Source: Ignavibacteria bacterium (GTDB lineage: Bacteria; Bacteroidota; Ignavibacteria; Kapaibacteriales; UBA961). Taken from it: 64,000 bases of DNA. Under the pieces are notes generated by a model. That model was not told the DNA's origin, ran no database searches, and saw only the letters and a program-made list of their open reading frames with translations. Position 1 is the first letter of the stretch; each line of letters opens with the position of its first letter. Location: the NCBI GenBank assembly GCA_016720145.1, contig JADJXV010000007.1:103426-167425 (forward strand). Direction: 5' to 3'. The translations under genes were made by a program, and so were the position numbers. Shown here piece by piece: positions 26,171 to 34,912 of this stretch.

Positions 26171-28144
26171 TTATTGAATCACTTCTACAAATACATTACG
26201 GTTGTACATTCTACCTTCAGGATATCGATTGGTAAAGCTGTATTGGTTTTGAGATTGACCTATTGCGATCGAACGCACATCGACTACTTTACCTTCTTTG
26301 GCAAGCTGATCATCTATAATACTTTTAGCTTGATTGGATCTTTCCTGAGAGAGAGCTTGATTACCGGCAGGATTACCAATGACATCGGTATGTCCATGGA
26401 CGATGACCCGATTACCTGCGACCAATCCGGGAGTTATTTCAGATCGGATTTTGTTTTCATATTTTGCAATCGCATCAGACTTATCATAGTCAAAGAGCAT
26501 CAAATACCGTGAAGCATTCTTTAATTCTTTGGATTTATTGAGCTTAAAGGCAATGTTTTCTTCCGACATTTTGCCGCTTTTCTCAGTAATCATGATTTTT
26601 GCATTGTACGAACCTGACTCAAGGAATCTCATAAGTTCAGCCGGGTTGATACGTTCAGAATTATATCCGAAAGGTCCGAAATAGAGTGATCTGCCTTCGC
26701 CGGTGATCGTCATATCCCAGCTATCAAATTTCACGTCTTTGCCAATTGTAAAAATCATATCATTATCGATAGAAGATTCATCGCGGATAGTATAGGTAAG
26801 TGATTTGAGCATATCAGGATTACTGAATTCAAACACGACTCTGCGATTTTCATCATCGATTAAGCCTGCAAATGCGGGATCTGAATAGGCAGTGCCGGAT
26901 GGTTTTTTGGGTGAAGCAGTCACGATTGAGATGCGATCTGCATCAATTCCGAATGTAGTCACAAGATAATTTTTCACTTTCAATGCGTATGATTCGCCGC
27001 TTTTTTCATCGGGATCACTTCCACGCAAGGTGAGTTTCTCGCTTGGATTTTCGCGCATTCTATCGGCATAGATATTCATCACATTATAGTAGGATTTCAT
27101 GAGTTGATTGACATTCGTTTCTTTGACTGTCAAGTCACCTTTCATGAAATTTTCGAGGTCGGATTCTTTGAAATTTTGCGCATCGGCTCTTGAAAGCATG
27201 GTATAGCGTGCAGGAATTTCGGTACTACCTTTTTCAAAGAACACATACGGGTGAATAGGAAAATATCCCTTGATATTCTTGGTGAGAATTGTGTTTTCCG
27301 GAGGTAAGATAATCTCGACTCTTTTGGATGGCTCAGGAGTAGCGGTCGCATCGGCTACCGTAGCAACTGATGAATAATCAAACGATAAGCGAACGCCTAA
27401 GCGGTAGCTGAAGGTGGACCATACATCCGATACAGACCCCTGCTCGGGCTCATTGACGGATTGTTTTTGATTGACAAGCCACGCACAGTCAAAAAACGGT
27501 GAAAGGAGCATAGTTGTGCGGTCGTTGATAGTTGCCGCTTTAATATCATACGCAATACCTGCCTGCCATCCGTACGTAAGTCCATTAAAATCTTTGACAT
27601 CTGCTTCTGGTTCGGTGAAAGCTGATGGATCCTGAGTAGTATTATTATAGTCGCTGTTGTAGATATACGATGCGCCTAAATTTACGCCTATAATCGGACC
27701 AATAGCGAAATTCAAATTAGGAATGGCGTGTTGATCAATACGAAGTAGTGGCTCAATTGTCAAATAAGACACCTTCGTATCAAATGACGGAAGCGGGAAT
27801 CTCGTATCATCGATCACGAGAGTATTTTTGGGGTCATACGATGCGCGCAATTGCACTCCCCACCAGCTTGTGGATAAGTACTCACCAAAAAGTCCGATGT
27901 AGAGACCACCACCGGTACCATCGACATAATCGATATTGTTTTCCGGTGAATGGAAATTAGCATCTGTGCCGTGTAATTGTTGCCATCCAAGTCCAGCTGC
28001 ATTTAATTGACCGGCAAGGTTCATCCCATATCTCCAAGATGAATTACGGAATTTGTTTTCCTGCGCTTGCATTGTGCCAAAGGTCAAGACGAGTAACGTC
28101 CCGAGCATGAATCCTAACGCAAATTTGATAGTAGAGTTTTTCAT
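26171..28144 (-). CDS. OmpA-family outer-membrane protein (N-terminal beta-barrel/periplasmic region plus C-terminal OmpA peptidoglycan-binding domain)
   Basis: Signal peptide. The C-terminal ...NRVIVHGHTDVIGNPAGNQALSQERSNQAKSIIDDQL... fits the OmpA_C motif (TD..G....N..LS..RA). Confidence 0.8.
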   Translation of the reverse strand: MKNSTIKFALGFMLGTLLVLTFGTMQAQENKFRNSSWRYGMNLAGQLNAAGLGWQQLHGTDANFHSPENNIDYVDGTGGGLYIGLFGEYLSTSWWGVQLRASYDPKNTLVIDDTRFPLPSFDTKVSYLTIEPLLRIDQHAIPNLNFAIGPIIGVNLGASYIYNSDYNNTTQDPSAFTEPEADVKDFNGLTYGWQAGIAYDIKAATINDRTTMLLSPFFDCAWLVNQKQSVNEPEQGSVSDVWSTFSYRLGVRLSFDYSSVATVADATATPEPSKRVEIILPPENTILTKNIKGYFPIHPYVFFEKGSTEIPARYTMLSRADAQNFKESDLENFMKGDLTVKETNVNQLMKSYYNVMNIYADRMRENPSEKLTLRGSDPDEKSGESYALKVKNYLVTTFGIDADRISIVTASPKKPSGTAYSDPAFAGLIDDENRRVVFEFSNPDMLKSLTYTIRDESSIDNDMIFTIGKDVKFDSWDMTITGEGRSLYFGPFGYNSERINPAELMRFLESGSYNAKIMITEKSGKMSEENIAFKLNKSKELKNASRYLMLFDYDKSDAIAKYENKIRSEITPGLVAGNRVIVHGHTDVIGNPAGNQALSQERSNQAKSIIDDQLAKEGKVVDVRSIAIGQSQNQYSFTNRYPEGRMYNRNVFVEVIQ

Positions 28145-28174
28145 AGTAATCTTTATATTCTAGAGAGTTCGTAA

Positions 28175-28199
28175 ACTGCTTTCTTGTTGAAAGTTCAGT
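28175..28199 (-). promoter_or_regulatory. Third copy of the ACTGAACTTTCA...AGCAGT leader motif (upstream of ompA-family gene)
   Basis: actgctttcttgttgaaagttcagt lies 31-55 nt upstream of the ATG at 28144. Confidence 0.4.
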
Positions 28200-28382
28200 A
28201 ATTTTGGCGGGTGAGAAGCGAGCAAATTGCATCACTTCTGTCGATGTATTAATGGAGGTTGCAAGCAGTGGTATATTGAACGCATTGAATGCATTTTCTC
28301 AAATGACAGAGCATTCAAGTGTAGTAGTTTTCTTCTCGTTTCACGTGGTATCTTTCTGATTGTGTGTACTTCAATTACGGTG

Positions 28383-28447
28383 CAAAATTACGGAGAAGGG
28401 TGAGCGGGTATGTTACATAACAGCAAGTATTGCTTACATGATTCACA
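28383..28447 (-). promoter_or_regulatory. Candidate promoter (TAATTTTG -7 box plus the conserved 50-nt upstream motif) for the OmpA-family gene
   Basis: ccgTAATTTTGcacc lies on the minus strand. It is followed 17 nt upstream by gtatgttacataacagcaagtattgcttacatgattcaca, which is nearly identical to 11542-11583. Confidence 0.45.
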
Positions 28448-28684
28448 CATTAGAGAGGATCGTTTTTTCACAGGAAGATGAAGATTTGATCTGTGAATAT
28501 TTCGCTCATTTACGATTCGATTCTAACAAAAACTCAACCCCAAAAAACAAAAACCACTGCCAAAAATAAATTGCGCAGTGGTATTTGTGAGGATGATCAG
28601 GTTTTACCAGTAATTACCAAAACCACCAATAAAAAATCCTCGTCTCAATTTTCTTTTCTCACTTTTCATCAAGCGTAGTGTTCG

Positions 28685-29272
28685 TCAAAGTATGGCGTAT
28701 CCTATATATATCTGGAATCCTTGATTACTCCATTTGTCTTGATCGGAAATATCATTAATATTATTAAGACCAATCACATAGCGCAGTCCACCTTTGAATG
28801 GCCCGAGATTGACCTGCCCACCCAATAAAAACGACAAATCACCACCCGTGAATGCATTGCTACCATTCTTGAGAGTGGTTTCATTGGGATTAATCAATAT
28901 CCCAAATTGAGGTCCCGCATGAATCGATATTAATTCCGACGGCGAATACGTGAAGATCACCGGAATACTCAAGTAATCAAGTGAAATGTCGGTAACATTG
29001 TTAAAACTATAGAGTGTGTCTAAACTGGTCGCTGCTTTTGTGTTCACACTACTCCAGAGCAATTCCGGCTGTAAACCCCATTTTTCACCGAGACCAATCA
29101 TCGCAAAAGCTCCAAGGTGATACCCAAATCTAAACTCCTCGTCGAACGCTTTACCACCCACTTTAAAGACATTTGCTCCGAATTTTGCGCCTAATTGAAA
29201 GTCCTGCGCCACCATACCTGCTGTACTTATACCGAAGATTACAGCGACGATTAGAAAGAATTTCTTTTTCAT
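28685..29272 (-). CDS. Outer-membrane beta-barrel protein (porin family)
   Basis: Signal peptide (MKKKFFLIVAVIFGISTAGMVAQ), amphipathic strands, C-terminal ...IYIGYAIL. Confidence 0.6.
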   Translation of the reverse strand: MKKKFFLIVAVIFGISTAGMVAQDFQLGAKFGANVFKVGGKAFDEEFRFGYHLGAFAMIGLGEKWGLQPELLWSSVNTKAATSLDTLYSFNNVTDISLDYLSIPVIFTYSPSELISIHAGPQFGILINPNETTLKNGSNAFTGGDLSFLLGGQVNLGPFKGGLRYVIGLNNINDISDQDKWSNQGFQIYIGYAIL

Positions 29273-29384
29273 TTTGAATAATTTTATGATGAATAATGAT
29301 GTACTATAATTATGTTATTTATTTATTAGTTAATTAAATAATAGTACGATTGTGTGAGAGTACTTCAATTACCGCTTTCCAAAA

Positions 29385-29540
29385 TCACAATACTCTTCTG
29401 CCCTGAATTATCCGCAATAGCACGACAACTGCTGCAATAACGAGCAGTATATGAATGAGTCCTCCTGCGTTAAATGCCGTGAGCCCAAGTATCCATGCTA
29501 TGACTAATACGACTGCGACTACATATAATAAGCTTCCCAT
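29385..29540 (-). CDS. lmo0937-family small membrane protein (51 aa), paralogue of 1634..1804
   Basis: MGSLLYVVAVVLVIAWILGLTAFNAGGLIHILLVIAAVVVLLRIIQGRRVL falls below the ORF-track cutoff. Confidence 0.6.
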   Translation of the reverse strand: MGSLLYVVAVVLVIAWILGLTAFNAGGLIHILLVIAAVVVLLRIIQGRRVL

Positions 29541-30006
29541 GATATTTTTCTTTCTTGTAAATATTTATAAAATTTATGTGTTCTACTAAAACAGATTAAA
29601 AAAAGTATGTCATTCTGAAGCTTAGATTAAAAACTTTTAAAAAAAGCAAGTAATGACACAGCAAGTACTTGCAAAGAGGATTCCCGCTATACGTAGCCGG
29701 AAGAATTCCTCCCACAGGGTTACATAGAGTATGCGCACTGAGTGACACACAGCAGTATTCCTCTGTGAACTCTGTGAAAAACTCTGTGAAACTCTGTGGG
29801 AAACTCTTTCTCTTACAGCAAATGCAAGTCATATAAAAAGAACAGGTTATAAAACTGTCATTGGTAGGGAGTCTTCGACTGAAGAATCGACGTTTGCAGA
29901 TGATGTCACTGCTACATATTCAGTATGTTGCGATTCTTCACCTGAAGACAGGTTCAGAATGACAGCTTATTTTTCTTGTAACTGTTCTATATTTAAGAGA
30001 TCTAAT

Positions 30007-30501
30007 TTAGAATGCAATTCGAACACTGAGTCCTGTATCGAAATACATAATCGCTCCATCAAAGAAATCGATAATCGGCTTCACATCGATACTCATGTTA
30101 ATCGGAGCGCCTTTAAATTTATAGTCAAGCCCAAGTATCAAATCCAAGCCAACGACCGAACGGTTATTATAGACTCGATTGTTGCGAAAGGTATAGTAGC
30201 TGCCGGATTCATTAAAAAATCCAATATGCGCTCCTCCACCATAGAGCCACTTCAAGCCGGGTGCACCTGAGATAGGATTGTGCACTTCGTATAACCCCGT
30301 GATAAGAAAGCTGCGTGAACCGAAACTCACGATACCTTCTAATGCTGCATCGGAGCTTATAAAATGCTTTAACGTGATACCACTCGTAAGTCCGCCGAGA
30401 CGCAAGCCGATTGCTGTGTTGTAACCCTGAGATTGTGCTGAAGCCGATGTGGCAACTAACATAATGATTGAAAACAGGATAATTGTAAGTGTATTTTTCA
30501 T
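30007..30501 (-). CDS. Small outer-membrane beta-barrel protein
   Basis: Signal peptide (…ATSASAQSQG), glycine/aromatic-rich strands, C-terminal ...SVRIAF. Confidence 0.55.
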   Translation of the reverse strand: MKNTLTIILFSIIMLVATSASAQSQGYNTAIGLRLGGLTSGITLKHFISSDAALEGIVSFGSRSFLITGLYEVHNPISGAPGLKWLYGGGAHIGFFNESGSYYTFRNNRVYNNRSVVGLDLILGLDYKFKGAPINMSIDVKPIIDFFDGAIMYFDTGLSVRIAF

Positions 30502-30561
30502 ACGTTCCTTAGTTTGAATATGGATAAATTGAATAGAATAATTCTATAATAGTTATAATTG

Positions 30562-31023
30562 TTATTGATGTTCAAATGCTCTACTGTGCAAATCTTTAAT
30601 ACTGTCGTAATCTATTGTAATTCTAGTTAGTTGTGTTTCGATCAATTCTCTATGACCATCTGTCAGAAATTCCCCGCTCTCCATGAGTATGCCTGTGTAA
30701 ATATCGACCGTGTGGTGTTCGCTATGCTCACAGGAATTAAGCACCGTGTCACGATCATTACAAGTGAGCGCGTACTTTATATCCATCCAAATTCTGAATA
30801 GTTTACTCGTTGTATCTGTTCCGTGCATTGGTGTGCCGCCTAATTTCTCTACTTCATGCACGAGCTCATTCTTGCATTCTTGGCTGGTATTGATGAACTT
30901 CGTAAAGATAATTTTCAAATCATTCTGTAATGTCTCATCACGCGCTGTTTTGTATCCCTCTACGCGATTGTTGTTGATATCAATCAGCGTGTTGAGCCGG
31001 TCTATTGTTGGTTGGTTGTTCAT
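30562..31023 (-). CDS. PA2169-family four-helix-bundle (ferritin-like, DUF2383) protein
   Basis: ...IDRLNTLIDINNNRVEGYKTARDET...DLKIIFTKFINTSQECKNELVHEVEKLGGTP...SKLFRIWMDIKYALTCNDRDTVLNSCEHSEHHTVDIY matches the PA2169/DUF2383 pattern. Confidence 0.65.
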   Translation of the reverse strand: MNNQPTIDRLNTLIDINNNRVEGYKTARDETLQNDLKIIFTKFINTSQECKNELVHEVEKLGGTPMHGTDTTSKLFRIWMDIKYALTCNDRDTVLNSCEHSEHHTVDIYTGILMESGEFLTDGHRELIETQLTRITIDYDSIKDLHSRAFEHQ

Positions 31024-31179
31024 AGTGACTTCTCTATATTTTAATTGTGAAACTTGGTTAGCAGTTGATTATGTAAGTGATTAGTATAATAATTCTTAAT
31101 CAATTCTTCTCCTATCAGATTAGTTAATAAGAATTCTTAGAGAAAGCTACTTAATCAGCAATGCTAGTGACAAGTGATA

Positions 31180-31572
31180 TTATCGATTGGAAAAATAATC
31201 CCGTACGAAGGCATGCTGTTGGTTTTCGGACATTTTATCAGCCTGTTTTGTTTGTATTTCAATCTTGTCGAAGCGGTGATCTGTGCGGAGGATATTGAGC
31301 AATTCTACTTTCGCATCGGTCGGACCGTACAGCAAGACTTCGTCATAATTTCGAATAAATTCGCCCAACTTCTTGTAGTAATCGGCTTGTAAGTGCTGCT
31401 CTTTGTTGTGCATACCTTTTTCGCTTTTTTCATGGGTGCTGTTTTCTTCATCATGAGTGAATCTTGATTGTATCATAGTAGTCCCGTTTGTGTGTGGAAG
31501 TGCAGCAGAATACTCAGATAAATGTGCGTGTGCATGATCCATCCAAATTCCGAGTTGAGTAGCTGTTTTCAT
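31180..31572 (-). CDS. Conserved hypothetical protein
   Basis: ORF MKTATQLGIWMDHAHAHL...LLYGPTDAKVELLNILRTDHRFDKIEIQTKQADKMSENQQHAFVRDYFSNR. No confident family assignment. Confidence 0.4.
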   Translation of the reverse strand: MKTATQLGIWMDHAHAHLSEYSAALPHTNGTTMIQSRFTHDEENSTHEKSEKGMHNKEQHLQADYYKKLGEFIRNYDEVLLYGPTDAKVELLNILRTDHRFDKIEIQTKQADKMSENQQHAFVRDYFSNR

Positions 31573-31619
31573 TGTATTTTTTGTATGATAATGTGAACTT
31601 AATACTATTAACTATATAT

Positions 31620-31808
31620 TTAGTAATTAGTTGTGTTTGATTTATATCTGTCATTATTATGTTGTCTCATCCATGACTTGGTTTGCATTTTACACTTATT
31701 TTTCAATTCTTCATCATCCGGAGTTAGCCATCCTTTTGACATTTGAGGTTCAAACCTTTTCTCTAATTTTCTTTTAAGGAATAGCTGTTTTTTCGAGAAA
31801 ACACTCAT
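31620..31808 (-). CDS. Hypothetical small basic protein
   Basis: ORF only. Confidence 0.2.
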   Translation of the reverse strand: MSVFSKKQLFLKRKLEKRFEPQMSKGWLTPDDEELKNKCKMQTKSWMRQHNNDRYKSNTTNY

Positions 31809-32042
31809 AGTTGTTTAGATAAAATAGTAGTTATTATTACGGCGCAAAACTACGCCTCTTTCATTCTGTGGGAGTTACACAACCTCAGGAAAGAGTTGTA
31901 ACTTTCACACATGGATCATTTCGGATCTGCTCAATAAACGTGAATCGGGATTGCCAGCAATCTGGCTATCGATACATATTGAGGGTACAGAAGGTTAGTG
32001 TGACAATCGTTGTGGTGGTGGTCTGCGCTTGGGACTATTAAG

Positions 32043-32762
32043 ATTGGGTACGCAAGTGTGCCTAAATGCAGTAGTGCAGGTGATTATTTAACACAAAGCC
32101 ACAATGGTAAGCCACAAAGTTCACAATAAGATAGGTGTATTTGTAGTGTTCTTTGTGGAATAACTTTGTGCCTTAGTGTTAAAAACTGATTTTCAATACA
32201 GAGAAGTTGAGGCGTTAAGATATCTTTGCTGATTTTGAGTAAAATGCTAAATAACAAGTAGATACATCAATCTTGCAAACGCTTCATCTGAAAGTATTTA
32301 CAATTAGTTGTACTCTAACATACACCTCAATCTGGGAATTGAGTGCAGCCTAAATGCAGTAGTGCAGGTGATTAATTAACACAAAGGCACAATGGTAAGC
32401 CACAAAGTTCACAATAAGATAGGTGTATTAGTAGTGTGCTTTGTGGAATAACTTTGAGTCTTTGTGTTAAAAACTGATTTTCAATACAGAGAAGTTGAGG
32501 CGTTAAGATATCTTTGCTGATTTTGAGTAAAATGCTAAATAACAAGTAGAGACATCAATCTTGCAAACGCTTCATCTGAAAGTATTTACAATTAGTTGTA
32601 CTCTAACATACACCTCAATCTGGGAATTGAGTGCAGCCTATATGCAGTAGTGCAGGTGATTATTTAACACAAAGCCACAAAGGTAAGCCACAAAGTTCAC
32701 AATAAGATAGGTGTATTAGTAGTGTGCTTTGTGGAATAACTTTGAGTCTTTGTGTTAAAAAA
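32043..32762. repeat. 288-bp tandem repeat x2.5, non-coding; each unit contains an imperfect hairpin of about 100 nt (ttaacacaaag...ctttgtgttaa with inner ccacaaag...ctttgtgg) followed by a T-rich tract
   Basis: Unit starts at 32061, 32349 and 32637, with an exact 288-bp period and a few substitutions between copies. No ORF of 60 aa or more on either strand. Confidence 0.9.
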
Positions 32763-32867
32763 AACGCAAGTATTATATATCATTGTAGGATGTTTACAAA
32801 ACGCCAATCATTGAGGGTAGCTGAAATGCAATTGTGGGCGGTGTGCTTGAGTTGATGACACCTCCTC

Positions 32868-34487
32868 TTACCCTTCCTCGACCATCCCCGCCGGCAAACG
32901 CGGCTTCACCATCACGACCTCTTCACGTTCCATGACCACCGCTCCGGGATGAGCGCCTTTCGGCTTACGAACGTATTTTTTAAGTGTATAGGCGACAGGA
33001 GTATAGCTTGCATTCCGTGCATTGGAGTAATAAGCAGTAATTTCAGCGGCTTGCTCTATAACACGTTTCGGAGGATTTTTCCCGGTCACGCGTATCACCG
33101 CATGCGAACCGCTCACGCCGCGAGCATGAAGCCAGATGTCATTTTGTTTGGCGAATTTCATGGTCAATTCATCATTATTCGCCGCGCTTTTGCCGACATA
33201 AAGCACAAAGCCCTCTTCGAGCGAGAATTCACGGTATTTGGAGGCAATTGTCTGATCTTTCATAGTTTTACCGACGAGAGTTTGAATGGATTGTTCGAGT
33301 AATTCTATTTGATTTATATCAGTTGCACCGGCAAGTCTATCGAGGATTTCCTCCACTTTGGCGAGTCTATTTTTATAAGCCGGCAGGCGCATTGCCCGTA
33401 TTTTGGAGGAGTCAGCCGCAGCACGAGTTTTGGTATAATATTTCTCAGCATTTTCGACAAGTGTGAGACGAGGTTCAAGTGGGATTGTGAGTGTTTCATC
33501 TGTCCAAGATTGGAGCGTAATCGATTCACCGGCAAGCCGTTTACCATTTGGCTGAGCGAGCAGAAGTTCTGCCCAAAGCTTGTAATTCGCAGCACGCTCA
33601 TCTGATGTTGCATCATTTTCCATGAGCGCAATACTCGCCCGAAGCCGCTTAGCAATTCTACCAAGATTTGTAAGATGCTTACTACGCTCTTTCAGGAATT
33701 TTTCACTTCGACGAGTGAGGATTATCCGCCTCCTAACCGCCGCGCATATTGAAGTATGCTGAGACTCTATCTCATAAGTAATCAACGGGATAAGTGATAC
33801 AATCGCCGCTTTGTCATTCGTGAGAATGTAGAATTTCCCGGTAGCTATACATTCATTCTTGAGTTGATTAGATTCATTGAGAAGGGTATGAATTTGCGTG
33901 TCGCTCAGAGATGAAACGAAGTCAGTCGGTGAAAGTGGAACTCGATTACATATTTCCCGGGCGTAAATTTTCCCAAGAAAAACATCAGATTGAACGAGCG
34001 CTGTTAGAATATCTGTATTCGGAGGAACATTATGAATATCAACAGCTTGCACAGCCGAACGTGCTTCAATCGACAACTTGTTGTCTAATCTGGTCTTAAA
34101 AGAATCGAGAATCACTCCCGAAGAATCAGTGAGTAGTACATTCCCTTGAGCGCCACCAAAAAGGGTAAAGTGAATCTGGTGTGAACTACAATCGATTGTC
34201 AAAATTCTATCCGTCGGATGCAGCCGCACTTCGCTCACCAGCACACCGACAGAATTTGGAAAAATCGTCGTGGAATTCCTCCTCGCCCGCCCAAATTCAG
34301 GGCGGAGATAGACGGCGCCAAGCTTACCGTCCAGCGAACATTCCACATAAAAGTCCTCACCACCACGTTCGAATGCCAGAATCAACGTGTTTTTTTCCTG
34401 TGTAAAGCACTCGATGAGCATGGCACCGGCGAGCACAGTATTCATCTCGCGGGCTATATGCTGTAATGTGTAATAATGACGGAGCAT
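32868..34487 (-). CDS. NFACT-family protein (RqcH / fibronectin-binding protein A-like; ribosome quality control homologue) with C-terminal NFACT-R/DUF814
   Basis: N-terminal NFACT-N (MLRHYYTLQHIAREMNTVLAGAMLIECFTQEKNTLIL...), a central coiled coil, and a C-terminal DUF814 (...GFVLYVGKSAANNDELTMKFAKQNDIWLHARGVSGSHAVIR...). Confidence 0.7.
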   Translation of the reverse strand: MLRHYYTLQHIAREMNTVLAGAMLIECFTQEKNTLILAFERGGEDFYVECSLDGKLGAVYLRPEFGRARRNSTTIFPNSVGVLVSEVRLHPTDRILTIDCSSHQIHFTLFGGAQGNVLLTDSSGVILDSFKTRLDNKLSIEARSAVQAVDIHNVPPNTDILTALVQSDVFLGKIYAREICNRVPLSPTDFVSSLSDTQIHTLLNESNQLKNECIATGKFYILTNDKAAIVSLIPLITYEIESQHTSICAAVRRRIILTRRSEKFLKERSKHLTNLGRIAKRLRASIALMENDATSDERAANYKLWAELLLAQPNGKRLAGESITLQSWTDETLTIPLEPRLTLVENAEKYYTKTRAAADSSKIRAMRLPAYKNRLAKVEEILDRLAGATDINQIELLEQSIQTLVGKTMKDQTIASKYREFSLEEGFVLYVGKSAANNDELTMKFAKQNDIWLHARGVSGSHAVIRVTGKNPPKRVIEQAAEITAYYSNARNASYTPVAYTLKKYVRKPKGAHPGAVVMEREEVVMVKPRLPAGMVEEG

Positions 34488-34556
34488 TCGGGAGGGAAAG
34501 AATATGATGAAGTGCGCACCTAACCAATTACAATCAAATGAGTTGGCGGCATGTAT

Positions 34557-34908
34557 GGAATCGACAGCATTCTTCCTGAATAGACTCCAGCTTTAGCTGG
34601 AGGATAGAGGAAGAAGAAAATCGACAGCATTCTTCCTGAATAGACTCCAGCTTTAGCCGGAGGATAAAGGAAGAAGGAATCGACAGCATTCTTCCTGAAT
34701 AGACTCCAGCTTTAGCTGGAGGTTAGAGGAAGAAGAAAATCGACAGCATTCTTCCTGAATAGACTCCAGCTTTAGCTGGAGGATAAAGGAAGAAGAAAAT
34801 CGACAGCATTCTTCCTGAATAATAGGATAGAGGAAGAAGAAAATCGACAGCATTCTTCCTGAATAGACTCCAGCTTTAGCTGGAGGGTAGAGGGAAGATG
34901 AAAATCGA
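34557..34908. repeat. Tandem array of six 61-63-bp repeats, each carrying the hairpin ctccagc-ttta-gctggag; located immediately 3' of the 1321-aa T9SS cargo gene
   Basis: The unit aatcgacagcattcttcctgaatagactccagctttagctggagg[ag]tagaggaagaagaaa starts at 34557, 34619, 34680, 34741, 34802 (hairpin deleted) and 34847. Confidence 0.9.
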
Positions 34909-34912
34909 TGTT

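Noticed and set aside
26084-26512. 142-aa plus-strand ORF
   Set aside because: It is antisense to the well-supported OmpA-family gene.
34653-34853. 66-aa ORF (MLSIFFFLYPIIQEECCRF...) inside the 62-bp tandem array
   Set aside because: It is a repeat-generated ORF. Its peptide periodicity mirrors the DNA repeat.
34557-34908. Possible CRISPR array
   Set aside because: The whole 62-bp unit is conserved and there are no unique spacers. The period is too uniform and there are no cas genes nearby.
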